DNA from: a bacterium
Lineage (GTDB): Bacteria > Krumholzibacteriota > Krumholzibacteriia > G020349025
Reading direction: 5' to 3'
Assembly: GCA_031362565.1 (NCBI GenBank)
Contig: JANLSU010000029.1
Location: 1-64,000 of the forward strand
DNA: 64,000 bases
The stretch's first letter is position 1. Each line of letters opens with the position of its first letter. The notes under the pieces are model-generated. The model made no database searches and was not told where the DNA came from. It worked only from the letters and a program-made list of their open reading frames with translations. The position numbers and the translations under genes were made by a program. Of this stretch, positions 9,226 through 18,690 are shown one piece after another.

Positions 9226-10572
9226 ATGGCCGAGCGCGCACCGATTTCTGCCCGGCGCATTCACGGCCGTGAGGCGTGGCGCGTACGCGGCCCGTACCGT
9301 GTGGACGGTGCACTCCGCCCGGCGGGCGACAAATCGATCGCGCATCGCGCCGTGTTGTTCGCCGCCCTCGCGCGTGGCGTCTCCGAACTCCGCAACGTTC
9401 CCGATGGCGAAGATGTCGGACGCACGTTGGCGGCGATGCGCAGTCTCGGCGTGCAGATCGAACCGGACTCGCAAGCCTGGCGATTCGCGGGTGCCGGCCT
9501 CCGAGCCTTGCATCCGGCGCCCGGCGGGCTCGATTGTGGCAACTCGGGCACCTCGATGCGGCTCTTGTGCGGCCTGTTGGCGGCGCAGCCCTTCGACTCG
9601 CGGTTGGTGGGGGATGCGTCCCTGTCACGCCGGCCGATGCGACGAGTTGCGGTGCCGCTGGCGGCGATGGGCGCTCACATCGAGTGTGAAGGAACGGATG
9701 GCCGGCCACCCATCGTCGTGCGGCGCGCCGGCCGCGCACTCAGCGGCATGACGCATCGCGTCGGTGTCGACAGTGCCCAAGTCCGAACTGCAATCCTGCT
9801 CGCCGGCCTCTACGCGACCGGGCCGACTCGACTCGAGCCCGCGGGCTCGAGCCGCGATCACACCGAGCGGTTGCTGCGCGCCTGCCACGTGTACCTGCGC
9901 CGCGATGCACGCGGCTTGGAACTCTTCCCGACCCAAGGGATCGGCTGGAATGCATTTACGATGCGCATTCCGGGCGACGTCTCGAGCGCCGCATTCTGGG
10001 TCGCGCTCGGGCTCATGCCGGGGGCGCGCTTGCGCGTCGACGGCGTCGGACTGAACCCGGGGCGGGTGCGTTACCTCGAAATCCTGCGCGCCGCCGGCGC
10101 GACGCTCGCGTTCGAGGTTCAGGGCGAAGAACTCGGCGAGCCCTGGGGCGTGATTCGAATCCGTGGCGGCGGGCGCCTGCGGGGAATCGATTTGCGCGGC
10201 CCGGACGTGGTGCAGTGCATCGACGAAATTCCGGCGTTGGCGGCCGCGGCGTTGCTCGCGGGCGCCGGATTTCGGGTTCGCGACGCCGCCGAATTGCGCG
10301 CCAAGGAAAGCGACCGGATCGCCGCCGCCGTGCGCCTGCTCGTGGCGTTTGGTGGCCGGGTGCGCGAGTTTGCGGACGGCTTCAGCCTCGAGCCCGCGGC
10401 GCGCTTGCATGCGGGCCGCTTCGACGCCGGCGGTGATCATCGCCTGGCGATGTCGGCGGCGATCGTGGCACTCGCCATTGACGGCGAAAGCGACATCGAC
10501 GACGTGGGTGCCGTGCGCACGTCCTACCCGGCGTTCACCTCCGACGCCGGTTCGCTTCTCGTTGCATTGTGA
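9226..10572 (+). CDS. aroA: 3-phosphoshikimate 1-carboxyvinyltransferase (EPSP synthase)
   Basis: GDKSIAHRA, DCGNSGTSMRL, GDASLSRRPM, SAQV, RDHTE, PGDVSSA, IDEIP, ELRAKESDR and DHRLAM motifs. Confidence 0.97.
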   Translation: MAERAPISARRIHGREAWRVRGPYRVDGALRPAGDKSIAHRAVLFAALARGVSELRNVPDGEDVGRTLAAMRSLGVQIEPDSQAWRFAGAGLRALHPAPGGLDCGNSGTSMRLLCGLLAAQPFDSRLVGDASLSRRPMRRVAVPLAAMGAHIECEGTDGRPPIVVRRAGRALSGMTHRVGVDSAQVRTAILLAGLYATGPTRLEPAGSSRDHTERLLRACHVYLRRDARGLELFPTQGIGWNAFTMRIPGDVSSAAFWVALGLMPGARLRVDGVGLNPGRVRYLEILRAAGATLAFEVQGEELGEPWGVIRIRGGGRLRGIDLRGPDVVQCIDEIPALAAAALLAGAGFRVRDAAELRAKESDRIAAAVRLLVAFGGRVREFADGFSLEPAARLHAGRFDAGGDHRLAMSAAIVALAIDGESDIDDVGAVRTSYPAFTSDAGSLLVAL

Positions 10573-10715
10573 ACCAAGCCTCCTGACGGCGCCTCGTAAC
10601 GCCGGCGGCCGCCGGCGGACCGGTGCGGGTGGATGCATGGTTTCCACCCATCTGGACTTCGCCCCGAGTCGCGGCGGCGCACCGGCGCGGTTCCCGACGC
10701 CATTCCCGCCACGGC

Positions 10716-11678
10716 ATGTCCGTTGCTTCGCAGACTTCCTTGGAAGCGCGGGTTCGTTCCAATGGGGGCCTTGTGATGCAGGAGCCACGCTCGGGAACCG
10801 GGGCACGGATCTTCGACGATCACCGTGACAATCTGACCGTCGATGTCCAGAGCGAACTCGTACGCGCCCGTTCCGCGGACATGCGCAGCGAGCACAGCGA
10901 CGCGGCGCTCCTGTGGAACGTGTTTCGGACCCTGCAGCGGCTCGACACGCGCACTTGGCTGCCGCGCCTCGTGCGGCATGCGCTCCCCGCAGCGGATCGC
11001 AGCGGCGCCTTGCGCCAACTGCTCGCGACCGACCTCTCGCAATCACAATTCCATTGGTGGCGGCGGTGGGACCTGCCGCCGGCCCGGCACGCCTGGTTGC
11101 GCGATGCGGCGTTGTGCGGCACGTTGCCGCTCGAACACTACGCCCCGCACAGTATTCCGGAGAAACGCACCGAAGTGCAGCGCCGGCTGACCGCCGGGCT
11201 GCCGTTCGAGGAGCCCGTCGAGATTCCACTGTGCATCGAGACGCCGGATTGGGTGCTGGGGATCGAGGCCGTGTATCGCAGCAACCTGCGCCGGCACACG
11301 ACGTTCGACGCCCACCGCGACGCCGTCGTGCGGCTGCTGGATGCCGGCACTTGGATGGCAGGTGAGCGGCCCTTTCTCGTCCTCGTCGTGACAACCGACA
11401 CTCGGACTCTGAACGTCGAAACGGCGCGGCTCGTCGAGCGCTATCACGACCGCCCGGAACGGATCATCGAAGCGCTGCCGCATCGCGACGACAAGGCCGC
11501 GCTGGCGCGCAGTGCCGCGCTGGTGGGATCGCTGCGCTGGAAGGACATCGGCACACTCTTGCTCGCCGCCAAGGCCGAAGACCGGCTGGGTCTCTTCGAT
11601 GTCTCGGCTCTAGACGAGTTGGTCAAGTATCTGGCGCGCAAGGATGTCGGTTTCAACTTCTTCCGCCGCCTCAAGTGA
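10716..11678 (+). CDS. Hypothetical protein resembling a PD-(D/E)xK restriction-endonuclease fold, apparently catalytically degenerate
   Basis: RSEHSDAALLWNVFRTL and EEPVEIPLCIETPDWVLGIEAVY...TTFDAHRD segments parallel uncharacterised PD-(D/E)xK proteins. Start uncertain (10623/10716/10776). Confidence 0.6.
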   Translation: MSVASQTSLEARVRSNGGLVMQEPRSGTGARIFDDHRDNLTVDVQSELVRARSADMRSEHSDAALLWNVFRTLQRLDTRTWLPRLVRHALPAADRSGALRQLLATDLSQSQFHWWRRWDLPPARHAWLRDAALCGTLPLEHYAPHSIPEKRTEVQRRLTAGLPFEEPVEIPLCIETPDWVLGIEAVYRSNLRRHTTFDAHRDAVVRLLDAGTWMAGERPFLVLVVTTDTRTLNVETARLVERYHDRPERIIEALPHRDDKAALARSAALVGSLRWKDIGTLLLAAKAEDRLGLFDVSALDELVKYLARKDVGFNFFRRLK

Positions 11679-11699
11679 CGCCGGGCACCGCGGGCCGAC

Positions 11700-11728
11700 T
11701 TGACCGCGCCTGGACCCCAACCTAGACT
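11700..11728 (+). promoter_or_regulatory. sigma70-type promoter for the FG-GAP gene
   Basis: TTGACC-N17-TAGACT, followed by a GAGGAG RBS and GTG 11770. Confidence 0.6.
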
Positions 11729-11769
11729 CCTCGTGTGCCGCCCCGATCGGCCCTTCGCGAGGAGTTCCA

Positions 11770-12516
11770 GTGACTCGACGTTTTGCGCTCGCTCTCTGCA
11801 TGCTCGGCGTCGCGGGCGCTGCCGACGCCGCAATTCTGCACCCCCGCGCCACCGATTTCGCGGCCAAGTACAAACCATTCACCCTCGTGCTCGGACCGGT
11901 GCGCCGGCTCGCTTATGCGACCCACAACGGTACGCTGATGCTGGTGGAGAGCCGCGACGGCAAGCTCGCGGAGATCCAGAAACGCTACATCCTGGAGTCG
12001 CCGGTCGTTCAGATGCTGGCCGCCGACTTGAACGGTGATGGCCAAGACGAGATCGTGGCCTATACGCAGAGCGCGCGTCTCTTCGTGCTGCGCGGCACCG
12101 ATCTGCAGGATATCTGGGTCTCGCCCCCCGGGCGCTTCAAGAGTATCAATGCAATCACCGTCGGCGATGTCGATGCCGATGGCCAGCCGGAAATCGTCAT
12201 GGTCGCCGACGACCTGCTGCGCATCTATTCCGCCATGCAGGATGTCCTCGAATGGCAGAGTACCGACCGCTATACCGACACCGAGATTGCGATCGGTGAC
12301 GTGGATGGCGACGGCAAACTGGAGATCGTCGTCAATTCCGGCAAGGTGCTCGACGCCGTGTTTCGCGAAGTCGAGTGGACCTACAGTGCGGGGTTCGGCA
12401 CCCAAATGGACCTGTACGACATCGACGGGGACGGCAAGCCCGAGATCCTGGGCGTCGGCGCCGACGGCCTGCTGCGCATTTTCGATGTCGACGAACGCCG
12501 GGTGAAAACCAACTGA
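11770..12516 (+). CDS. Secreted FG-GAP/VCBS-repeat (Ca-binding beta-propeller) protein
   Basis: Signal peptide and four DxNGDG/DxDGDG..EI repeats (ADLNGDGQDEIV, GDVDADGQPEIV, GDVDGDGKLEIV, YDIDGDGKPEIL). Confidence 0.88.
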   Translation: MTRRFALALCMLGVAGAADAAILHPRATDFAAKYKPFTLVLGPVRRLAYATHNGTLMLVESRDGKLAEIQKRYILESPVVQMLAADLNGDGQDEIVAYTQSARLFVLRGTDLQDIWVSPPGRFKSINAITVGDVDADGQPEIVMVADDLLRIYSAMQDVLEWQSTDRYTDTEIAIGDVDGDGKLEIVVNSGKVLDAVFREVEWTYSAGFGTQMDLYDIDGDGKPEILGVGADGLLRIFDVDERRVKTN

Positions 12517-12702
12517 GCGTCGGCATTGTGCCGCATCGTTTCTGCTTGTAACTCGAACGGCCGGAGGCACGCCGCTCCGCGGCGTGCGACGTCGTTCGTG
12601 CTTCTGAATCTGCGTCGAGTGTGTTAATCTCACGTCGGTGTCCTTCCTGCCGTGCGCGACGCACATGCGTTGCGTGCATTCGCCCTCCCATTGGGGGACA
12701 CC

Positions 12703-15696
12703 GTGCGCGTCCGTCTCTTGCTCGCCGCAATGCTGCTCGTGGCGCTTCCTGCCCAGGCGTCCTACTTCGGTAAGAACAAGGTCCAATACAAAGCCTTCAA
12801 ATGGCACGTCCTGGAAACCCCGCATTTTCAGATCCTGTTCTACGATGGCGAGGAAACCGTCGTCCACGACGCCGCCCGCATGGCCGAGCGCCAGTACGGC
12901 AAGCTCTCTAAACTGCTCGCGCACGAGTTTGCGAAGCGCATTCCGCTCATCCTGTACGCCTCGCATTCCGACTTCCAACAGACGAATATCACCGACGGCT
13001 TCATCGACGTCGGCACCGGTGGGGTCACGGAAATGTTGCGGCGGCGCGTGTTCCTGCCGTTCACGGGTTCCTATGCCGAACTCGAACACGTCTTGACGCA
13101 CGAGCTCACGCACGCATTCCAACTCGATATCTTGTACGACCCGGACGCGACCGATCCGGCGAGCCCGTTCGCCTTTGCGCCGCCGTTGTGGGTCATGGAA
13201 GGCATGGCGGAAGTCGTGTCACGCGGCGCGACCGATACGCACACCGACATGTGGGTGCGGGATGCCTGCCTCGAAGGCGATCTGCCGACCGTCGCACAGT
13301 TGGGTTTTGCGCGTGATATTCGCGTCTATCGCTTCGGGCAGAGCGTGTGGCAGTACTTCGCCCAGGAGTACGGCAGCGACAAGATGGGCGACATGCTGCG
13401 CGCGATGCGCGATCAGAAGAGCCTCGAAAAGGCTTTCGACACCGTCACCAAGGCCTCGATGTCGGACTTCTCCGAACGCTGGGGCATGGCGATGCGGCGC
13501 AAGTACCTGCCGGGGATCGCCGCGCATCAGACGACGCGCGAATTCGCCAAGTCCGTCGTGACTCGCAAATCCGAAGAGGCGTGGCTGCTGCTCTCGCCGG
13601 CGGTGTCGCCGGACGGCACGCAGTTGGCGTACGTCAGCGACCAGAAACTGAGCCGCGACCTGTGGTTGCGCAATATCGACGGCGTGCCCGCCGCGCATCG
13701 CGTCGTGCAAGGCGAGATGAGCGGCAATTTCGAATCCCTGCGCTTCTTCAACGCCAGCTGTGCCTGGACGCCGGACGGCCGCACCGTCGCCTTCGCGGCC
13801 CAATGCGGCGGCCAGGATGCGTTGTACCTCGTCAACGCCGCGTCAGGCCACGTCGAACGCAAGCTGCGCTTCGGTCTCGACGAGGTGCAGACCGCGACCT
13901 TTTCGCCGGACGGCAACGAAATCGTTTTTGTGGGTTTGTCGGGCGGGCAGAGCGACTTGTATCGCGTCCACCGCGACGGCAGCGGCTTGCACCGGCTCAC
14001 CAATGATCGCTATGCGGAACGTGATCCGCAGTGGTCGCCCGACGGCCACACCCTGGTGTACGTCAGCGATGAAGGGCCGAAGACGGACTTCATGATGCTG
14101 CAATTCGAGCGCATGCACCTCATGGCGTTCGATCTCGAATCCGGCGCCAAGCGCGACATCACGCCGTTCACCAACGGCAAGGCCGTGAGCCCGGCGTGGT
14201 CTGCCGACAGCCAGTACATCGCCTTCGTCTCCGACCGCGATGGCATCTCGAACATTTACTTGCTGCATCTGCCCACTGGCCAGGTGTTCCGCCTGACCGA
14301 TTCGACGACCGGGATTTCGGGAATCCTGCCTACGAGTCCGGCCTTGTCATGGGCGCGAGGCACGAAGCGCCTGGTGTTTGCGGCCTTCGGCCAGTCGGGA
14401 TGGGACGTCTATCGGATCGACGATCCGGTGGCCGCCATGCGGCCGGTCGAGATGGAACCAGGCGAGTGGATCGCCGACCGGCAAGCCGATGCGACGGCAT
14501 CGGTCGCGGCGAGCATGGCAGCGACCGCGACCGACGGCGCGATCGCCATGACGGCGCCGGCGGCCTCGATCGAGACGAGTGCCGCGACGCCTGCCGCCGC
14601 GGCTGCAGCGATCGATAGCGCCGTCGCGAGCGACGATCCGGCGCACTTCCGTTTGAAGAACTACCGGCCGCATTTGTCGCCCGACCTGTCGTCGGTGGGT
14701 GGCGTGGCGAGCTACGAAGCCGGTTTCGGCGGCCAGTCGCAATTGCATTTCAGCGATCTCTTGGGCGACCACAATCTAGCCGTCGGCCTCGGCATCTACG
14801 GGTCGCTGAAGGACTCGGATCTCTTCTTGTCGTACCTGGATCGCTCCGGCCGCACGAATTGGTCGGTGTCCGGATTCCAGTTCCGCAAACGCTACGGATC
14901 GCTGGGAAGTAACCACGGGCTGGAGATCGAGCACCAAACGTATCGCGGCCTACAAGTCGCGGCCGCACATCCATTCGACCGTTTCTCGCGCCTCGAAGGT
15001 TCGTTGCAGGTAGCCGGCGTCGCGGGCCGGTTTTTCCTCGGCGAAACCACCGATGAGGCCGCGTCCGATGCCAGTATCACGGCGACGCGCAACTTCGTCG
15101 GCCCCGGTTTGGCCTACGTGTTCGATTCGTCGGTGTGGGGCGCGACGGGTCCGATCAAAGGCCGCCGCATGCGTCTGGCACTGGACGGCGGCATCGGCCA
15201 GATCGACTACGCGACCCTGGAAGCCGACGTGCGCCAGTACTGGAATTTGCACAAGTGGTACGCCTTCGCGGCGCGCATGTATGGTTCGACGAGCCACGGG
15301 AATACGCCCCAGACGGTCTACGTGGGTGGCGCCCAGAGCTTGCGCGGCTACGACTATGGCGCCCTCGTCGGCAACAACGCGCTGTTGGCGAATCTCGAGT
15401 TCCGGTTTCCGCTCGTCCGCCATCTGGCGCTCGGCTGGCCGCTGCCGCTCGAACTCGGCAACGTTCAAGGCGTGCTGTTCGCCGACGCCGCGAGCGCCTG
15501 GGACAACGATATGTTCCGCACGAGCCGCGCCGTGCGCGGCGAAGTGCCGGGCAAAGCACCGCAGGCCAGCATCGGTTTCGGCGCCCGCATCGGGCTCGGT
15601 TACATCGTGCTGAAGCTCGATTGGGCACAGCGTTACGACACCGGAACCGGCGAACGTTCGCCGGGCTCGAACGTCGCTCTGGGCTACGACTTCTGA
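12703..15696 (+). CDS. Omp85/BamA-TamA superfamily protein with N-terminal zinc-peptidase (HExxH) and TolB-like PD40 propeller domains
   Basis: Signal peptide, FGKNKVQY, HELTH...WVMEGMAE, several SPDG PD40 repeats, LRGY barrel motif, C-terminal LGYDF. GTG start with GGGGA RBS. Confidence 0.9.
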   Translation: MRVRLLLAAMLLVALPAQASYFGKNKVQYKAFKWHVLETPHFQILFYDGEETVVHDAARMAERQYGKLSKLLAHEFAKRIPLILYASHSDFQQTNITDGFIDVGTGGVTEMLRRRVFLPFTGSYAELEHVLTHELTHAFQLDILYDPDATDPASPFAFAPPLWVMEGMAEVVSRGATDTHTDMWVRDACLEGDLPTVAQLGFARDIRVYRFGQSVWQYFAQEYGSDKMGDMLRAMRDQKSLEKAFDTVTKASMSDFSERWGMAMRRKYLPGIAAHQTTREFAKSVVTRKSEEAWLLLSPAVSPDGTQLAYVSDQKLSRDLWLRNIDGVPAAHRVVQGEMSGNFESLRFFNASCAWTPDGRTVAFAAQCGGQDALYLVNAASGHVERKLRFGLDEVQTATFSPDGNEIVFVGLSGGQSDLYRVHRDGSGLHRLTNDRYAERDPQWSPDGHTLVYVSDEGPKTDFMMLQFERMHLMAFDLESGAKRDITPFTNGKAVSPAWSADSQYIAFVSDRDGISNIYLLHLPTGQVFRLTDSTTGISGILPTSPALSWARGTKRLVFAAFGQSGWDVYRIDDPVAAMRPVEMEPGEWIADRQADATASVAASMAATATDGAIAMTAPAASIETSAATPAAAAAAIDSAVASDDPAHFRLKNYRPHLSPDLSSVGGVASYEAGFGGQSQLHFSDLLGDHNLAVGLGIYGSLKDSDLFLSYLDRSGRTNWSVSGFQFRKRYGSLGSNHGLEIEHQTYRGLQVAAAHPFDRFSRLEGSLQVAGVAGRFFLGETTDEAASDASITATRNFVGPGLAYVFDSSVWGATGPIKGRRMRLALDGGIGQIDYATLEADVRQYWNLHKWYAFAARMYGSTSHGNTPQTVYVGGAQSLRGYDYGALVGNNALLANLEFRFPLVRHLALGWPLPLELGNVQGVLFADAASAWDNDMFRTSRAVRGEVPGKAPQASIGFGARIGLGYIVLKLDWAQRYDTGTGERSPGSNVALGYDF

Positions 15697-15762
15697 TCGC
15701 ACCCGCCGCGCCATGTTAGTCTCGCCGCGCCGGCGCCCGATGGGCGAGGCGGGGGAGATCGC

Positions 15763-17358
15763 ATGCGTGCCGCCGCTCTGTCGAATGTCTGGCAACGCCG
15801 GCTGCTCTGGCCGCTCGCGGTGGCAGTCGTTCTCCGGCTCGTGGCGCTTCTGTATCATCCGATGATCGACACCGACAGCGCCTACTATGGTGCCGTGGCG
15901 CATTGGTTCGCCTCGGGACACTGGGAGAAGGCGTTCGATCCGGTCTGGCCACCCTTCTATCCGTTTCTCATGAGTCTCTTGCTCCGCATCCACGTTCCGG
16001 CCGAGGCGGCCGGGATCGCGGTCTCGTTTGCCGCCAGTACCGCCTGCGTGTTGACGTTCGCGGCACTGGGGAATGCCGTCGGTGGGCCGCGCGTGCAGCG
16101 TGGCGCCGCCTGGCTCGCCGCGGTGCATCCCAAGCTCGTGGCGTTTTCACAGCAGGTGTTGACCGAAGCTCTCTATGTATTCCTCGTCAGTTGGGCGCTG
16201 GCGTTGCTGGCGCGCGCCACGTTGCGCCCGGGTTCGCGCCGTGGCTTGATGCTCGCCGGCGTCTGCTTGGGACTCGCGTTCTTGGCGCGGCCGGAGGCCA
16301 TCGCCCTGTTGCTGGCGGCCGTATTGTTCTTGGGGTGGGATGCCCTGAATCCCAGCGGCCCAGTGCCGGTGCCCGTGTCGCGCCGCGCCCGCGCCGGCAA
16401 CGCGGCCGCCGCGGTGGCAGCATGCGCGGCGTGCTTCCTCGCCGTCGCCTTGCCGTATCTCGCTCACATCGCCGCTCTCGAGGGGCGTTGGACGCTGGGC
16501 GAAAAGGGCGCGCTCAATTTCTATCTCACCTACCGCGATACGTATGCCGCGGACGGGCTCGCGGTGCGGGCGTCGGACTTTGCGGCCATCACGGCGCCGC
16601 AGGTGCCGCGCGTTGCCGGAGACTATCGAATCGGGACGTTTCTGCACCAACGCGCCGGCCTCGTATTGCGCCATGCCGCCGCCAATGTGCCGCGGGCGCT
16701 CTTCGACAAAGTCCCGGGGCTCGCCGGCTGGCCCGTGTTTTTGATCGCGCTGGTCGGTCTCGGGTGGCGGCGGGCGATCCCGCGCCGGCGTTTCGAGGTC
16801 ATGCTGGTTCTGGTGATCTTGGCGGTGGTTGGTTCGTTCGCACCGTTGTTCCTGTACCGGCGGTTCTTTGTTGCAACGCTGCCGGCATTCGTTCTTTGGG
16901 CGGCGATTGGCGGCGAGGAACTTGCGGCGCGTTTCAACCGGCGACGGGTGCGGTCACTGGCCGTAGCGCTGCTCGCCGCGCTGGCGATCTCCGGGCAGGT
17001 TTCACTCGCCCGCCAGCGGCCGCCCGTTCTGTACCGCGCGGCCGGCAAATGGCTCGGCGGTCAGGCGGGAACGCGGCGTCCATTGGTCGTCGCGGCACGG
17101 AAACCCGAGACGGCTTTTTATGCGAACGCCGAGTTCCGGCCGCTCGCGGCGCGCGACCTGAATGACCTCGAGATGTTTCTGGCCCAGAGCGGCACGACGC
17201 ACCTGGTGGTCGATGACTACATCTTGCCGCAGTCGCACCCGGGCCTCGCGCTGCTTCTCGACCCCAAGATGGCGCCGCCCTGGTTACGGCTCGTGCACAC
17301 GAGCACCGGCGCGGATCACCGAGTGTTGATTTACGAATCGCCCGCCGGCGAGCGCTAA
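15763..17358 (+). CDS. GT-C fold membrane glycosyltransferase (ArnT/PMT family 39-like)
   Basis: DTDSAYY loop after TM1, WPPFYP, LTEAL, LARPE, about 12 TM helices. Confidence 0.82.
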   Translation: MRAAALSNVWQRRLLWPLAVAVVLRLVALLYHPMIDTDSAYYGAVAHWFASGHWEKAFDPVWPPFYPFLMSLLLRIHVPAEAAGIAVSFAASTACVLTFAALGNAVGGPRVQRGAAWLAAVHPKLVAFSQQVLTEALYVFLVSWALALLARATLRPGSRRGLMLAGVCLGLAFLARPEAIALLLAAVLFLGWDALNPSGPVPVPVSRRARAGNAAAAVAACAACFLAVALPYLAHIAALEGRWTLGEKGALNFYLTYRDTYAADGLAVRASDFAAITAPQVPRVAGDYRIGTFLHQRAGLVLRHAAANVPRALFDKVPGLAGWPVFLIALVGLGWRRAIPRRRFEVMLVLVILAVVGSFAPLFLYRRFFVATLPAFVLWAAIGGEELAARFNRRRVRSLAVALLAALAISGQVSLARQRPPVLYRAAGKWLGGQAGTRRPLVVAARKPETAFYANAEFRPLAARDLNDLEMFLAQSGTTHLVVDDYILPQSHPGLALLLDPKMAPPWLRLVHTSTGADHRVLIYESPAGER

Positions 17359-18587
17359 AGCGTTGTCGAGAGGCGGCGCTGCAGGGTTCGCAGCCGGTCC
17401 TGGCTCTCTTGGCTGCGCCCGAAGCCGTCGTATTTTGCCTCGAGGCGGTGCACGAGGGTGATATCGGCACTCACCAGCGCGAAGAGCGCGAGTGCGAGAA
17501 CCGTGCGCCGGACGCGGCCGGATCGCAGCCACAACGAACGGAATCCGTAGGCCACGATGCCGCAGAAGCAGGTCGCAGGCAGGTACGCATAGCGGATGTC
17601 GAGCCAGCCTTCGGGCAGGTGAATGAGCCCGAACGGCAGCAGAAACGCGAAGTAGGACGCGAGCAGCCAGCGGAGCGCACCCGAGCCGCGCCAAAACCAC
17701 AGTGCCGCGAAGAGCAAGAGCGCCAGCCCAAGTGCCGGGCGCACTTGGTCGACGAGTGTCACCAGGCGCGCCGCCAACGGGCCCAGTGAGGCGATGAGCG
17801 GCGAATCGGCCTGCACCGGCAAGATCATCAGCGTGGCGAGCCGCAGGGCGCGCATCGGCAGCGCCAGCCAAGCGCCCGGATCACCGGCAACGCGCGCGAT
17901 GCCGCTGTCGGCGAGCAATTGCAGCACGACATAGAGCCCGCACACCAGAACGAGGACGCCGATCTTGCGGACCACCGACCGGATGCTGCGCCGGTGGGGC
18001 CACATGAGTCCAGCCACCATGACGATCGCCATGATGCCGCTTTCCTTGCAGGCGAGCCCCATCGCGAAGAGGATGCCGGCGACGCCCATCCAGGCGGCGC
18101 GTTGCGGTGCGAGACGCGCCAGTTGGGCGCGCGTCGCTGCAATGCCGGTGGCCAAAACGAAGCTCGTCGCCAGCAAGTCGGGAAGGTTCGCGGCCCACAG
18201 AATCGCTTTGCCATAGAACCCGAAGCCCAAGGCGAAGAGAAACGCTGCCGCGGCCGCGACCTGGGCTCCGAGCGGGCCCTGGAGCAGCCAGAACAGGAGG
18301 CCGCAGTTGACGATATGCAAGAGCGTGTTGGCCAAGATGTAGTGTCCGGAATCCAAGCCCCACAGCTCGTACTCGAGATAGAACACCGCTTGGGCGAGCG
18401 GGCGATTGAAGGGCTCCACCCAGCGCGACCACAGCTCGGGCAGATGGTGGCGGGCGGCCTCGGAGTGTTCCAGAAGCACGAAATCGTCGCGCCAGAATCC
18501 GTTGTCGAATCCCGGCCCGAAGGCGAACAGGGCGCAAAACAGGGCGCCGAAGATCACGCCGGTCAGCAGGCGGTAGCGATGGCTCAT
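17355..18587 (-). CDS. Polytopic membrane protein, GT-C glycosyltransferase-like
   Basis: FWRDDF loop, FNRPL, NTLLH..N, LACKE and RYAYLP motifs typical of GT-C (PMT/TMTC-like) proteins. Start re-picked at ATG 18587. Confidence 0.75.
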   Translation of the reverse strand: MSHRYRLLTGVIFGALFCALFAFGPGFDNGFWRDDFVLLEHSEAARHHLPELWSRWVEPFNRPLAQAVFYLEYELWGLDSGHYILANTLLHIVNCGLLFWLLQGPLGAQVAAAAAFLFALGFGFYGKAILWAANLPDLLATSFVLATGIAATRAQLARLAPQRAAWMGVAGILFAMGLACKESGIMAIVMVAGLMWPHRRSIRSVVRKIGVLVLVCGLYVVLQLLADSGIARVAGDPGAWLALPMRALRLATLMILPVQADSPLIASLGPLAARLVTLVDQVRPALGLALLLFAALWFWRGSGALRWLLASYFAFLLPFGLIHLPEGWLDIRYAYLPATCFCGIVAYGFRSLWLRSGRVRRTVLALALFALVSADITLVHRLEAKYDGFGRSQESQDRLRTLQRRLSTTL

Positions 18588-18690
18588 GGATTCATCGAGC
18601 TGCCGAGCGTTCTTCCGAACGCACGCGGCGCGCCTCCGGGGCCACCGTAGCGGCACCATGGCAGAGGTCGCAAGCCCCGCGCTGCGGCCT

